Counted from the first letter of the stretch, positions 1 through 9,420 are shown. The stretch is DNA of 29,261 bases from a virus (IMGVR_UViG_3300037484_001955:1-29261); one strand, 5' to 3'. The notes: generated from the sequence alone by a model not told the origin. Numbers and translations: made by a program.

Positions 1-201
1 GCGCTCGGCGGCCTATTTTTGAAGACGACGACAGAGTGGGCGGAAAATGTTAAGGCGCTTATCTTTCAGCATGAAATAGATCATATTAACGCTAAAAACA
101 TCTTCTTTCACGAAGAGAAGCCGATTGAGTGGTGGACGCTTGCCGGTCCGCGTCCGAAGAGCTGGACGAGTTTAGACACGAAGGAGGAGGCGAAACAATA
201 A
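1..201 (+). CDS. def: Peptide deformylase, C-terminal part (5'-truncated by the window)
   Basis: Frame is open from base 1 and contains ALIFQHEIDHINAK, matching PDF motif 3 (QHExDHLxG). Confidence 0.75.
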   Translation, partial: ALGGLFLKTTTEWAENVKALIFQHEIDHINAKNIFFHEEKPIEWWTLAGPRPKSWTSLDTKEEAKQ

Positions 202-205
202 ATTT

Positions 206-433
206 ATGAAGTGGTATTATTTGCGACAAAATAGATGCCCGAAGTGTGGAAACAATCTGACTTGGCACGAGGGGCAATACGGCACGGATTTTGTCTGTGT
301 TAATGCTCGGTGTGATTTTAAAATAGGCGAAGATAAGTTTAAAAATATGTGCAAGGAGATGACGGAGCGAGAATTAAAAAGAAATAACCCCGGCTCGGCG
401 CTGGGTATTAATTTATGCCAGAGGAACGAGTAA
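206..433 (+). CDS. Small zinc-ribbon protein
   Basis: CPKC...CVNARC cysteine pairs; 3' end overlaps the terminase start. Confidence 0.7.
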   Translation: MKWYYLRQNRCPKCGNNLTWHEGQYGTDFVCVNARCDFKIGEDKFKNMCKEMTERELKRNNPGSALGINLCQRNE

Positions 434-1950
434 AATTTGATCCGCTAACCTCGCCTCTTTTGGGCGAAGACGACCCGATGAATAGTTTGCGCGAGATTGC
501 GGAAGAGGAAACATATCGCTTAGAACACGAGAAGTTTAGGTTTTATGAGCCAAATGGGAAGTGCGAAGAGTTTATTAAAAAGGTTGGAAGCGGTGATTTT
601 TTTATTGTATTCTTTGCCGCGGCCAATGGCGTAGGCAAGACGGCGGCTGGGGCTAACATTGTGGCACATATCTGCTATGGCAAGTCGAGCGGCAATAAAT
701 ACTTTGATTTGCCTCTTTTCAAGAACTTTCCATATCCAAAACGTGGACGTATAGTTTCCGATTCAGACGCTATTGAGAAAAACTTAGTCCCAACGCTTGA
801 AGAATGGCTACCGGCAGGAAGATATAAAAAAAGGAAAGCAGGAAAGCATTTTGATAGCATTTGGAAAACAGATACGAATTTTGAGTTTGACATAATGACT
901 TATGAGCAAGACCCGAAAGAATTTGAGGCCGCGACGCTCGGCTGGGCGATGTTTGATGAACCTCCGCCAGAATCTATTTTTAAGGCCACGGTCGCTCGTA
1001 TGAGAAAAGGTGGCATTATATTTATCACCGCGACGCCATTAAAGGGGTCAGCATGGCTTTACGACCATATCATCGCCAACCCGGACAAGGATTTAGAGGC
1101 GAAAGGGCAGAGAACTTATGTCGAGGCCGATGTAGAGGACGCTTGTATTGAGCATGGTATCCGCGGCCACTTGGAGCATGCGAACATTGAGCGGATGATC
1201 GCCGAATATACGGAAGACGAAAAACAGGCGCGCGCCCATGGCAAGTTTCAGCATTTGGTCGGCCTGCGATTTAAGAATTTCAGTCGCAATATCCACGTTA
1301 TCAAGCCGTTTCAGATAGACAAAATGAACTGGACGGTTTATCACGCGCTTGATACTCACCCGCGCAACAATGATATGGGTAATTGGATTGCGGTGAACGA
1401 TAAGGGAATGAAAATTGTAGTCGATGAATTGTGGATTAAGTGCGAACAGGGGACGGAAGAGTTGGCCCAGCGCATAAAAGACAAAGATGAAAAGTTTAGA
1501 ATAGAGAGCAGGATTTTAGAGCCGGGGGCGTTTGTCGAGGATCAGCACGAAAATGACGAGGCAAAGAAAACATTGGCTAAGAAATTGAGCAGTTATGGCT
1601 TAAACTATGTGCCGGCCACAAAATTGAGGGAACAATCAGACAAAGAGATTGAGGACGCTTTGACTTATAGCAAAATTAAGGTTGGCGAGGCCAAGGAGTT
1701 TATCAGAAAGCCGGATTTATACATTTTTGACACTTGCCAACGCACTATATTTGAATTTGAGCATTATTCTTGGGACGATTGGTCGGGAAGGTCGGCAGAA
1801 AAACATAATCAGAAAGAGAAAACGATTGACAAGGACGATCATGCCATCGAAAACATCGGCCGTATCTTGATACGAAAGCCGGTATTTGTGCCTATGCCGA
1901 AGGCCGATGACTATGTGCCAGATATGCCAAATTATGACCCTTATAATTAA
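415..1950 (+). CDS. terL: Terminase large subunit
   Basis: Walker A AANGVGKT, Walker B WAMFDEPP, coupling motif ITATP, C-terminal nuclease-like ALDTH...DKDDHAIE; lies upstream of the portal. Confidence 0.93.
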   Translation: MPEERVKFDPLTSPLLGEDDPMNSLREIAEEETYRLEHEKFRFYEPNGKCEEFIKKVGSGDFFIVFFAAANGVGKTAAGANIVAHICYGKSSGNKYFDLPLFKNFPYPKRGRIVSDSDAIEKNLVPTLEEWLPAGRYKKRKAGKHFDSIWKTDTNFEFDIMTYEQDPKEFEAATLGWAMFDEPPPESIFKATVARMRKGGIIFITATPLKGSAWLYDHIIANPDKDLEAKGQRTYVEADVEDACIEHGIRGHLEHANIERMIAEYTEDEKQARAHGKFQHLVGLRFKNFSRNIHVIKPFQIDKMNWTVYHALDTHPRNNDMGNWIAVNDKGMKIVVDELWIKCEQGTEELAQRIKDKDEKFRIESRILEPGAFVEDQHENDEAKKTLAKKLSSYGLNYVPATKLREQSDKEIEDALTYSKIKVGEAKEFIRKPDLYIFDTCQRTIFEFEHYSWDDWSGRSAEKHNQKEKTIDKDDHAIENIGRILIRKPVFVPMPKADDYVPDMPNYDPYN

Positions 1951-1972
1951 TAATCGGTAAAACATTTGACAG

Positions 1973-1983
1973 TGTGCTACGCT
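1973..1983 (+). promoter_or_regulatory. Possible extended -10 promoter (TGTGcTACGCT) for a leaderless mRNA
   Basis: The -10-like hexamer ends 6 nt before ATG 1990. A TTGACA at 1966-1971 is too close to act as its -35. Confidence 0.3.
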
Positions 1984-1989
1984 TAATTT

Positions 1990-2253
1990 ATGGAAATTCA
2001 AACATATAAAAAAGAAGAATACGCGGGCGCTCCGATTTATTATCGCAATTTTAAATTTCATTGGGAGTATTTGACGATTATAAAAAAAGAGATTTACACC
2101 GCGCACATTGAAGTAAGGCCAAAGTTTTTGGACAGATTACTTTTCACTCTGGGAATTAATGAAAAAAGATTTAGTGAAAAAGAGGAAATAAATATTTTGA
2201 AATATCTCCGAAAAATGGCCGAGACAACCGTTGAAATGAAACTTAAAAAATAA
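1990..2253 (+). CDS. Hypothetical protein
   Basis: 87-aa ORF filling the terminase-portal gap; no recognisable motif. Confidence 0.75.
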   Translation: MEIQTYKKEEYAGAPIYYRNFKFHWEYLTIIKKEIYTAHIEVRPKFLDRLLFTLGINEKRFSEKEEINILKYLRKMAETTVEMKLKK

Positions 2254-2260
2254 CTTTCAT

Positions 2261-2363
2261 GGCGGTGGCGATCGCGAACCTACGGCAGAGAGGGGAGTCG
2301 GAGAAATCTAACTTGGCCTCCGCGTCGCAAGGGGAGTTGGTGAAACTCCAATCACCGTCATCA
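2261..2363 (+). ncRNA. tRNA-like element 1 (acceptor stem + T-arm with a non-canonical 68-nt interior)
   Basis: GGCGGTG(2261-67)/CACCGTC(2353-59) 7-bp stem; GTTGG-TGAAACT-CCAAT 5-bp/7-nt arm (2336-52); discriminator A then TCA; interior folds into a long hairpin with a GAAA loop. Confidence 0.6.
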
Positions 2364-2390
2364 AAAATAATTTTAAAAAATAAAAATATT

Positions 2391-2416
2391 ATTCGTAGAA
2401 TCGCCATTTTACGAAT
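2391..2416 (+). promoter_or_regulatory. Start-codon-abutting hairpin with TCGCCA loop (copy 1)
   Basis: ATTCGTAGAA-TCGCCA-TTTTACGAAT directly before portal ATG 2417; similar copy at 16519-16544. Confidence 0.6.
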
Positions 2417-4357
2417 ATGCCAAACAAAACAAAGGTCGATTTTAACCCGGGCGAACCCGAAAATTTAGACCCGGAATTAAAAGAGGATTTAGAGAAGCAT
2501 GACAAAACGGACTATTCGTCCCTAATAAAACAGATACAAGCGGAATATTCACTCTCTTGGTGGTATATGAAGCCCAAAATTGATGAGTGGGCGGCGCGTT
2601 TGAAATTATACAACAATCAAAAGCGCGAAAAAGAGGCCATCGGTGATCCGCTTTTATTTACTATCCACCAGACCGTCCTCGCTTCTTTATACAGCGACCG
2701 ATTGTCGGTGGATTTTTTGGGTAGAGAAGAAGGAGACGAAGAAGTGGCGGAGAATTTAAATAGTATGGCGGAGTTTGACTACGACGAAATGGAAAAAGAA
2801 GTTTTGGATTATTCGTGGATTTGGGACGCTACATTTTTTGGGCGCGGTTTAATGCTTGCCATGGAGTTCGACCGTAAATTAAGACATCCAACGCCGGAAG
2901 TAATTGACATTATGACTTGGCTCCGCGACCCTCGCGCAATTTCCGTAAATGGCGACAGCAAGGGAAGGGGAGGAATGAAGTTTGGTGGGCGGGAGATACG
3001 GCTTTCAAAAGACGACATGAGAAAAGCCGGAGTTTATTCTAATTTTGAAAATTTAAAAACAGACAACGTTGATATCAATTCGCTGGTTGATAAGGGGTTG
3101 TTGGCTCGCGCCGAGGCGCAAGGGTTGGGGGACATTTCAAAAAGATTTAATGAAGGGGACAGCGGCGATTATCGCTGTCTTGAATGGTGGACTATTTGGA
3201 AAGGTAAAAAAGTTTTGGTTACACTCGCCGATAATCACAAAAGAGTTATCCGTTATGAGGAATTAAAATCTGACTACTTCCCGATTATTGACAGGTCTAT
3301 TTATCCTATCTCGCACGACTGGGACGGCGTATCTATTCCCGACTTGGTTGAAGACAAACAACGCGGGCGCGCGGTTCTTCAAAATTTGGCTTTGGCTGGA
3401 GTTAAGGTCGGCTTACACCCAACCTATTTATACGATTATAACAAGATAAAAAATAGAGGAAATTTACAAATTGAGTTTAATAAGCACATCCCAGTCGACG
3501 GCAATCCGTCAGGGGCGATTGAGGAAGTTAAACGATCGGCCGTAAAACAAGAGGTCGACTGGATTTTGAATGTTTTAGACACAGCAAGCCAAAAGGCCAC
3601 GGCAACGCCAGATATTCAGCAAGGGGCGGCGTCGGAAGATAAAAGAACGGCAACAGAATTGAACCTTGTCGCTTCGAGGGTTGATACTCGCTATTCTTTG
3701 GCCGCTAAAATTTTTGGCTGGTCAGAGAAACGTTTTTGGAAAATTGGATGGTATGACTTATATAAAAGACACTTTGAAAAAGATATTGATGAAAAGATTA
3801 TCAGGATATCCGGCTCTATGGGGCCGAAATGGCGCGCGCTTACTCGGGAAAATATCATCGCCAACACCGACCCGGACATAAAGATTGAGAGCAAAATTAT
3901 CTCTGACGCTAAAAAGTTTAATGATTTACAGAAATACCGCCTTTTTATAAAAGACGTTATGGCAATCGACCCGCAAAATTCAAACGCGCGTCCGGCACTC
4001 CGAAAGATTGGCCGTTTGTCGGGATTTAGAAAAGATGATGTTGATCAGGTTTTGCCGCCGACGGTTGACGAGATGACCGCCGAGGAAGAGAACGAACAAT
4101 TAGACGCTGACCAGTTAGTCAAGGTCAATGTTTTTGATGACGATTTTATTCATATTGAAGTCCACAACAAAGCGGCTGATACTTCGTATAAAAAAGCGCA
4201 TATCAAGGCGCACAAAAGCGCGATGATGTTAAAAAGAGTTAAGCCGGAGTTTAATATCGCGGCTCAAAACAGGCCGCAAGCGCCGGGCGAACAGACAGCG
4301 GAGCCAGTTAAATTTATGAACAATACGCCGACCGCCGCGCCGGGTATGCCGCAATAA
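2417..4357 (+). CDS. Portal protein (podovirus/P22-like)
   Basis: 646 aa downstream of the terminase; FFGRG, GVSIPDLVEDKQR and RTATE motifs typical of this portal class; low-complexity C-terminal tail. Confidence 0.88.
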   Translation: MPNKTKVDFNPGEPENLDPELKEDLEKHDKTDYSSLIKQIQAEYSLSWWYMKPKIDEWAARLKLYNNQKREKEAIGDPLLFTIHQTVLASLYSDRLSVDFLGREEGDEEVAENLNSMAEFDYDEMEKEVLDYSWIWDATFFGRGLMLAMEFDRKLRHPTPEVIDIMTWLRDPRAISVNGDSKGRGGMKFGGREIRLSKDDMRKAGVYSNFENLKTDNVDINSLVDKGLLARAEAQGLGDISKRFNEGDSGDYRCLEWWTIWKGKKVLVTLADNHKRVIRYEELKSDYFPIIDRSIYPISHDWDGVSIPDLVEDKQRGRAVLQNLALAGVKVGLHPTYLYDYNKIKNRGNLQIEFNKHIPVDGNPSGAIEEVKRSAVKQEVDWILNVLDTASQKATATPDIQQGAASEDKRTATELNLVASRVDTRYSLAAKIFGWSEKRFWKIGWYDLYKRHFEKDIDEKIIRISGSMGPKWRALTRENIIANTDPDIKIESKIISDAKKFNDLQKYRLFIKDVMAIDPQNSNARPALRKIGRLSGFRKDDVDQVLPPTVDEMTAEEENEQLDADQLVKVNVFDDDFIHIEVHNKAADTSYKKAHIKAHKSAMMLKRVKPEFNIAAQNRPQAPGEQTAEPVKFMNNTPTAAPGMPQ

Positions 4358-4359
4358 TT

Positions 4360-4737
4360 ATGCCAAAAACAAAAAAGACAAAAAAGAAAGAAATTTTAAT
4401 CGTGCCAGTCCCTAAACCGGAAGCGCCGACAGAAAGTGAAAGAATGATCGCCGCGATGAAAAGTTTAGAGATGAATGAAGGGTGGAATTTAGTCGTGAAG
4501 ATTTTAGATGACAACATCGCCTATCTTGAAAGAGCAATTATTAACAAAAAAGACCCGATTTCAGACGAGGTTTTAAGCGATGTAGAGACGGATAAATTGA
4601 GAGACAAGGTTTTTTTACAAAGAGAGTTAAAAAACACACCGCAAAATTACATAAAATTATTGGAAGAAAAGGGAGAAGTGCCGGAAAACTATGATCCGTT
4701 TTGGAGTGCGGAAGATTTAGCAAAAGCGCGCGGTTAG
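4360..4737 (+). CDS. Hypothetical head-region protein
   Basis: 125-aa helical ORF (EGW motif) in the usual position between portal and scaffold. Confidence 0.8.
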   Translation: MPKTKKTKKKEILIVPVPKPEAPTESERMIAAMKSLEMNEGWNLVVKILDDNIAYLERAIINKKDPISDEVLSDVETDKLRDKVFLQRELKNTPQNYIKLLEEKGEVPENYDPFWSAEDLAKARG

Positions 4738-4773
4738 TTCTTTTACAATTTGAGTTCGTGTAGCAACAAAATC

Positions 4774-4947
4774 GCAGGTGAATTGCGACGTTCGCTAAAA
4801 CTGCCTAACTGTGAGGGGCTTTGGCGATTTCCTACTTACAGTCCATCGCAAGGTGGCGTAAATAGGCAGTTTCATTGAGCGTCGCAACGCTCTGCCGACC
4901 GTAGTCAACGGTCGAGAATTACCGTTTTAATTGGTTTCGGCATTCTC
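4774..4947 (+). ncRNA. Structured RNA with a three-way junction in the scaffold leader
   Basis: Nested helices 4783-93/4877-87, 4798-4807/4863-72, 4808-15/4835-42; CCATC-GCAA-GGTGG (4843-56); CGACCGT-AGTCA-ACGGTCG (4896-4914). Contains G-U pairs on the + strand and a GNRA loop. Confidence 0.7.
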
Positions 4948-4974
4948 CTATTAAAGCGAGAAACAAAAACAAAT

Positions 4975-5742
4975 ATGCCAGACGAAAAAGATAATACCGC
5001 CGCACCGGAAGGCCAAGACGGGCAAAATGGCGCAGGCGAGAACAGCCAAGACGGGGCTGATAAAAAACCGGAAGGCGACAATGGCGCAGGTGGCGACAAT
5101 GACGCCGGGGCGGGAGAGGGCGGAGATAATAAGGCCGGAGACGGCACAGATAAAGATAACGCCAAAGCCCCCGAAGAAGGCAAGCCAAAAGAAGGCGATA
5201 ACAAAGACATTGAGGACGACGGCAAAGCGCCACCCACCAAACCTCGAATGTCGTCAAAAGATTTTATCATCCAGCGTCAACAAAAGAAAATTGCGAAAAT
5301 GAAAGCCGCCGAAAATCAAGATGATCAAGGCGAGGAAGAGGATGAAGAAATTGACCCCGATGATAAAAAAAAGATTACGAAAGTTGTCGCCGAGCAATTT
5401 GCTCCAATCATTGACAGAACTCAAGCGGCCGAAGATGAGCGGGAAATATCGGATTTCTTAACAAAAAATCCCGATTTCAAACCTTTTGAAAAAAAGGTGA
5501 GGCGTTTCATCACGGACGAAAGCCGTCGGCATTTGCCGGTTGAATCAATCTTTTACGAAGTTGCCGGGCCACATTTGTTAAAAATGGGTGCGGAACGAAA
5601 GATAAAAGCGGACGAAGCGGCAAAACATACGACGACGGGAGGCGGTTCGTCAAGAGGAGCGATTGGAGAAAAATCAATTTCCGCTATGACAAAAGATGAG
5701 TTTGAAGCGGAACAGGAAAAAGTCCGGCGAGGCGGACAGTAA
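4975..5742 (+). CDS. Capsid scaffolding protein
   Basis: Acidic D/G/N-rich disordered N-terminus, helical core, C-terminal MTKDEFE motif; immediately before the capsid gene. Confidence 0.8.
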   Translation: MPDEKDNTAAPEGQDGQNGAGENSQDGADKKPEGDNGAGGDNDAGAGEGGDNKAGDGTDKDNAKAPEEGKPKEGDNKDIEDDGKAPPTKPRMSSKDFIIQRQQKKIAKMKAAENQDDQGEEEDEEIDPDDKKKITKVVAEQFAPIIDRTQAAEDEREISDFLTKNPDFKPFEKKVRRFITDESRRHLPVESIFYEVAGPHLLKMGAERKIKADEAAKHTTTGGGSSRGAIGEKSISAMTKDEFEAEQEKVRRGGQ

Positions 5743-5774
5743 ACCTCGCAAAGTAAAAAAGTTAATTAATAAAA

Positions 5775-6761
5775 ATGCCGAATATGAACACTACACGAAC
5801 ACAAATACCGGCGGAAGTGAACAATTTTTATGACCGCACTCTATTAGAGCGCGCCATGCCATTGTTGACTCATCTCCGCTGGGCGCAGATTAGAGATTTG
5901 CCGAGAAATGTGGGGACGAAAGTCATTAAATTCCGCAGATACGGCGCTCTTTCTGCCGCGACTACTCCTTTGACCGAGGGTGTAACCCCGACAGGGAGTC
6001 AGTTGTCAGTTACCGATATCACCGCCACAGTAGCCCAATATGGCGATTATATTACCCTAACAGATGTCGTTTCTTACGAAAGTAAAGACGCGACATTAAT
6101 GGAAACAGCAGAACTTTTGGGCGAACAAAATGGCCTTACTCTCGATGAACTCTGTCGTGATATCTTGAATGCCTGCACAGGTGTTGTCTATTCAGGAACT
6201 GGAAACACGGCGACCGCCGACGTTGCCGCTGGTGATGTCATCTCTCTTGCAAATCTTGATAGTGCTATTGCGACCTTAAAGGATAATAAGGCCAAAAAGA
6301 TTACGCGACAAGTCAATGCTTCGTCTGGTTATGCTACAAGCCCAATCAAAGCAGCTTTTATTGGTATTGTTTCTCCGGCTGTTGGCGTTAAAATTCGAAC
6401 TTTGGCCGTGGCCGCGAGTCAGTGGACACCAGTTGAGAAATATGCCAGCCAATCAGGCGTGATTGAAGGAGAAATTGGCACATATGAAGAAATTCGTTTT
6501 GTCGAAACAACCGAAGCAAAAGTTAAAACTGGCGAAGGCACCGGTTCAATCGATGTTTATTGCACCCTCGTCTTTGGCGCAAATGCCTATGGTATTACTC
6601 GCGTTTCAGGCGAAGCGTTAAAAAACATCGTTAAGCCGCTCGGTTCCGCCGGTTCAGCAGATCCTTTGGACCAACGCGCCACTTCTGGTTGGAAGGCCAC
6701 GTTTGTCGCGAAGATTTTGAATGAGAACTTTATTCAGAGAATAGAAAGTGCGAAAGTTTAA
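5775..6761 (+). CDS. Major capsid protein, N4-gp56 family
   Basis: LTEGVTP, QYGD, GEIG..IRFVET and DPLDQR..GWKA motifs. Confidence 0.92.
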   Translation: MPNMNTTRTQIPAEVNNFYDRTLLERAMPLLTHLRWAQIRDLPRNVGTKVIKFRRYGALSAATTPLTEGVTPTGSQLSVTDITATVAQYGDYITLTDVVSYESKDATLMETAELLGEQNGLTLDELCRDILNACTGVVYSGTGNTATADVAAGDVISLANLDSAIATLKDNKAKKITRQVNASSGYATSPIKAAFIGIVSPAVGVKIRTLAVAASQWTPVEKYASQSGVIEGEIGTYEEIRFVETTEAKVKTGEGTGSIDVYCTLVFGANAYGITRVSGEALKNIVKPLGSAGSADPLDQRATSGWKATFVAKILNENFIQRIESAKV

Positions 6762-6815
6762 AATCGCGCTTTGGATAATCGCACGCCAAAGCCATAACAA
6801 AAAGAAGGAAACTTT

Positions 6816-7220
6816 ATGAAAAATAAAGAAGAAAAAAACGCCTTGCTTGGTGAAGAACAAGAAGGCGAGGAAAAAGAAGAAGTAAAAAAATCCACGCCTC
6901 CGGTTGAAACGCCAACACCTAAACCCTCGGCACCAAAAGATTCGGCGAAAATAAATGAGGAAAACATGCTTTTGACCAAAGAGAAATTACTTAATGGCCC
7001 AAAGATGTCAATGATAATTCCTCTTTCCGAGGGAGAAAAGGCCGGTGCTTACGACACGGTTCAAATCAATGGTTATGGTATGAAAATTCAAAAAGGAGTT
7101 TTAGTTGAGTTGCCTGTTCCAGTCGCCAAACTCCTCGCTGAAAAATACCGTATTCAAATTGAGGCGGGGAAAGACAAAAGAGTAGACCGAGACGCGGCCA
7201 CACAAGCCGCACTCGGATAA
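6816..7220 (+). CDS. Hypothetical head-associated protein
   Basis: Disordered N-terminus then VQINGY..IQKGVLVELP..VA, a motif I recall in genes following N4-type capsids. Confidence 0.75.
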   Translation: MKNKEEKNALLGEEQEGEEKEEVKKSTPPVETPTPKPSAPKDSAKINEENMLLTKEKLLNGPKMSMIIPLSEGEKAGAYDTVQINGYGMKIQKGVLVELPVPVAKLLAEKYRIQIEAGKDKRVDRDAATQAALG

Positions 7221-7243
7221 TTAACAGTTAAATAATCCCCCAT

Positions 7244-7729
7244 ATGTTAAAAGGATATCAAATGAATGGTTGTATAACTGCGCCGGGGTTGGCCATTGGA
7301 TCAGGCGGTAAAACCACCTTCAAATATGGCAATACCTTCGCAGTTAGAGCAAATGGTTACATCTCGGACGACGTTACGACTGCCGACGCACCAGCGTTGA
7401 CCGCGGCCGAAGCGTCAGACGGGACCACCCCGACGACATTGGCGATCGATTATCAGCGTATTTATACGCTTTTAGCGAACGTCAATAAATCGACCGGAGC
7501 GGTAACCTTTACGTTGGCCGTAGGAAGTGATTTTGCTGAAACCGTCGTCCCGACCATGGCCCACGTCAATTTCGGCAACGGTGCCGATGATGATAGCCAC
7601 AAAGCGGTTGTCGGTTTTGTTCTTATCACAAACACCACAAACGCATTTACTCCGGGAACGACAGCGTTAGACGCGGCGGGCGTAACTTGTCGCTACTTCG
7701 ACAACATTGTTTCACTCCTCGGAATGTAA
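7244..7729 (+). CDS. Putative virion structural (capsid decoration) protein
   Basis: T/A/G-rich, beta-type 161 aa; FTPGTTALDA motif; position after the capsid gene. Confidence 0.6.
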   Translation: MLKGYQMNGCITAPGLAIGSGGKTTFKYGNTFAVRANGYISDDVTTADAPALTAAEASDGTTPTTLAIDYQRIYTLLANVNKSTGAVTFTLAVGSDFAETVVPTMAHVNFGNGADDDSHKAVVGFVLITNTTNAFTPGTTALDAAGVTCRYFDNIVSLLGM

Positions 7730-7741
7730 AAAATAAACAAT

Positions 7742-8452
7742 ATGACACCCGTAAAATACGCATCATTAATTCGCTACTACACAAAAACAAACTCGACTAC
7801 ATTTTCCGACGCCGATATTACCATTTTGACTAACATCTTCAAGGACGACATCTGCTCGAAGATAGCAAAGAAAATCGGTGAGGACTATTTCGGGTTGCGT
7901 TTTGAGCGTGATTTAGTAGCCGACCAAAGAGAATATGATTTGCCAAATGAAGTCATGGGGCAAATCAAGAGAGTTGAGGCAAAACTCGACGGGACAAATT
8001 GGGAGTTGCTTAATGAAACAGATTTGACCGATTATCGGAATACCATGGACGAAACGACAATCAGGTTGATTTATTCTGAAAAAGACCCGGCGTTTGATAT
8101 TTGGGATAACGGAATTTATATCTTGTCCGGGGACGCCATAATCGCTGTTACAAATGGCCTTAAACTCTGGGCGATTATCTTTCCAAAAGATATTTCCGCC
8201 TTGGACGGCACCGATGATTTATCAGTCAATCCCGACGACTATTCTCACGGAATACCAAAACAATTTCACGAGTTATTGGCGCGGCGCGTGTCTATTGCTT
8301 ACAAGTCAAGCAAGGATAAGCCAATCCCTCTTTCGGAGAAGGAATTATCCTACGAATCAGATTTGGACAAAACTATCGATTCTATGCGGGATTTAAACCT
8401 TGACCGATCGACGGAGCCGGCGGTTCCTTACAACGACGGAAGCGATTACTAA
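7742..8452 (+). CDS. Putative head-tail adaptor (tail tubular A-like)
   Basis: 236 aa with LVADQREYDLP and IPKQFHELLA motifs seen in podoviral adaptors. Confidence 0.65.
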   Translation: MTPVKYASLIRYYTKTNSTTFSDADITILTNIFKDDICSKIAKKIGEDYFGLRFERDLVADQREYDLPNEVMGQIKRVEAKLDGTNWELLNETDLTDYRNTMDETTIRLIYSEKDPAFDIWDNGIYILSGDAIIAVTNGLKLWAIIFPKDISALDGTDDLSVNPDDYSHGIPKQFHELLARRVSIAYKSSKDKPIPLSEKELSYESDLDKTIDSMRDLNLDRSTEPAVPYNDGSDY

Positions 8453-8484
8453 AATCTTCCGTAAATTAATTAACAAAAACGATT

Positions 8485-8784
8485 ATGATTACCGCAAAAA
8501 TCAAAGACGTCAAAAAGGACGTTTGTATCGCTGACAATACTCCTTTTCTCGATGTCCACTTCGAACTTTTAGATGACGGAGAAGTGGTCGCCGAGCGTCG
8601 GCATGGTTTTTCTCTTGATACTCCGGAAGAGGCAATCGCTGACGAATTAGGGAGATACTGCACGATGTGGGAGAACGACCACAAATTGGCCGCGGACGCA
8701 GAAAAACGCGCCGAGGCAGAGAAAGAAGCGGACAAAGTTATTGAAGGATTAATGGCCACGCCCGAAATTTCTCCAAAAGAGTAA
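8485..8784 (+). CDS. Hypothetical protein
   Basis: 99-aa acidic ORF, co-oriented, AT-rich leader. Confidence 0.75.
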   Translation: MITAKIKDVKKDVCIADNTPFLDVHFELLDDGEVVAERRHGFSLDTPEEAIADELGRYCTMWENDHKLAADAEKRAEAEKEADKVIEGLMATPEISPKE

Positions 8785-8838
8785 AAGTCGAAAATAGGAA
8801 ATCACCAAAAGTTTATTAATTAATAACGAAAAACTGTT

Positions 8839-9420
8839 ATGAACTTCTTAAAAAAAGCCAAAGTTGGCTTCAATGAGAACGTTGAATACAAGTTGACCGA
8901 TGCCGACGGCAAAGTAAAGCCGATTTTCCAGCCAAACAAAATGTATATTTGGTTGATGAAAAGAGGTATTTTGCCCCGGACATTGACTCTTCCTGTATTC
9001 GGACACTTCGCTGATAGCATGGTGATTTCCAATCTTATCACCACTGCCGGAGTTTCAGGTGTTGCCGCTCGTATAAACGGGTCTGGCTCACCGGCCGCCT
9101 ACACCTATATCGCGTTAGGCACTGGCGCAACCGCCGCGGCTGACGCGGACACACAGCTGGGAGTTGAAATTACGACTTCCGGCGGCGCTCGCGCTTCCGC
9201 GACTGTTTCTCTCGTTACGACCGACACGTCCGGAGATACGGCGCAATTAGTTTACACTTTCTCTTTCACGACTGGCGGAACTTTCGCTATTACTGAAAGC
9301 GGCGTGTTAAACGCGGCCTCGACCGGCACTCTGCTTGCTCGTCAGGTCTTCTCCGCAATTAACGTTGCCTCCGGCGATTCACTCCAAGTTACTTGGAAAT
9401 TCGACGTCGACACTGCCTAA
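8839..9420 (+). CDS. Tail-collar/fibre-base-like structural protein (DUF3751-like)
   Basis: NLITTAG...YIALGTG...TQLGVE...ITESGVLN...GTLLAR...LQVTWKF pattern. Confidence 0.65.
   Translation: MNFLKKAKVGFNENVEYKLTDADGKVKPIFQPNKMYIWLMKRGILPRTLTLPVFGHFADSMVISNLITTAGVSGVAARINGSGSPAAYTYIALGTGATAAADADTQLGVEITTSGGARASATVSLVTTDTSGDTAQLVYTFSFTTGGTFAITESGVLNAASTGTLLARQVFSAINVASGDSLQVTWKFDVDTA

Noticed and set aside
206-433. Paralogy with the 26693-26869 ORF (both start MKW and have CP.. ribbons)
   Set aside because: Similarity is limited to generic zinc-ribbon features.
2259-2468. 69-aa ORF from the track
   Set aside because: Overlaps the portal start and coincides with the structured element; no protein motif.
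4798-4872. Hammerhead or pistol ribozyme (CTGTGAG and CGTAAATAG resemble their cores)
   Set aside because: CTGTGAG is fully paired and is not CUGAnGA; the hairpin before TAAATAG has a GCAA tetraloop instead of the pistol pseudoknot loop.
6750-6816. Capsid C-terminal extension by frameshift or readthrough at GTTTAAAA
   Set aside because: The slippery heptamer is out of frame; the 0 and -1 frames stop within the gap and the +1 frame stops at the next gene's start, so no fusion results.
5762-8823. TTAATTAA palindromes before the capsid, 8485 and 8839 genes as a late-promoter motif
   Set aside because: Low-complexity word expected in AT-rich leaders with variable spacing to ATG; cannot be separated from chance by eye.
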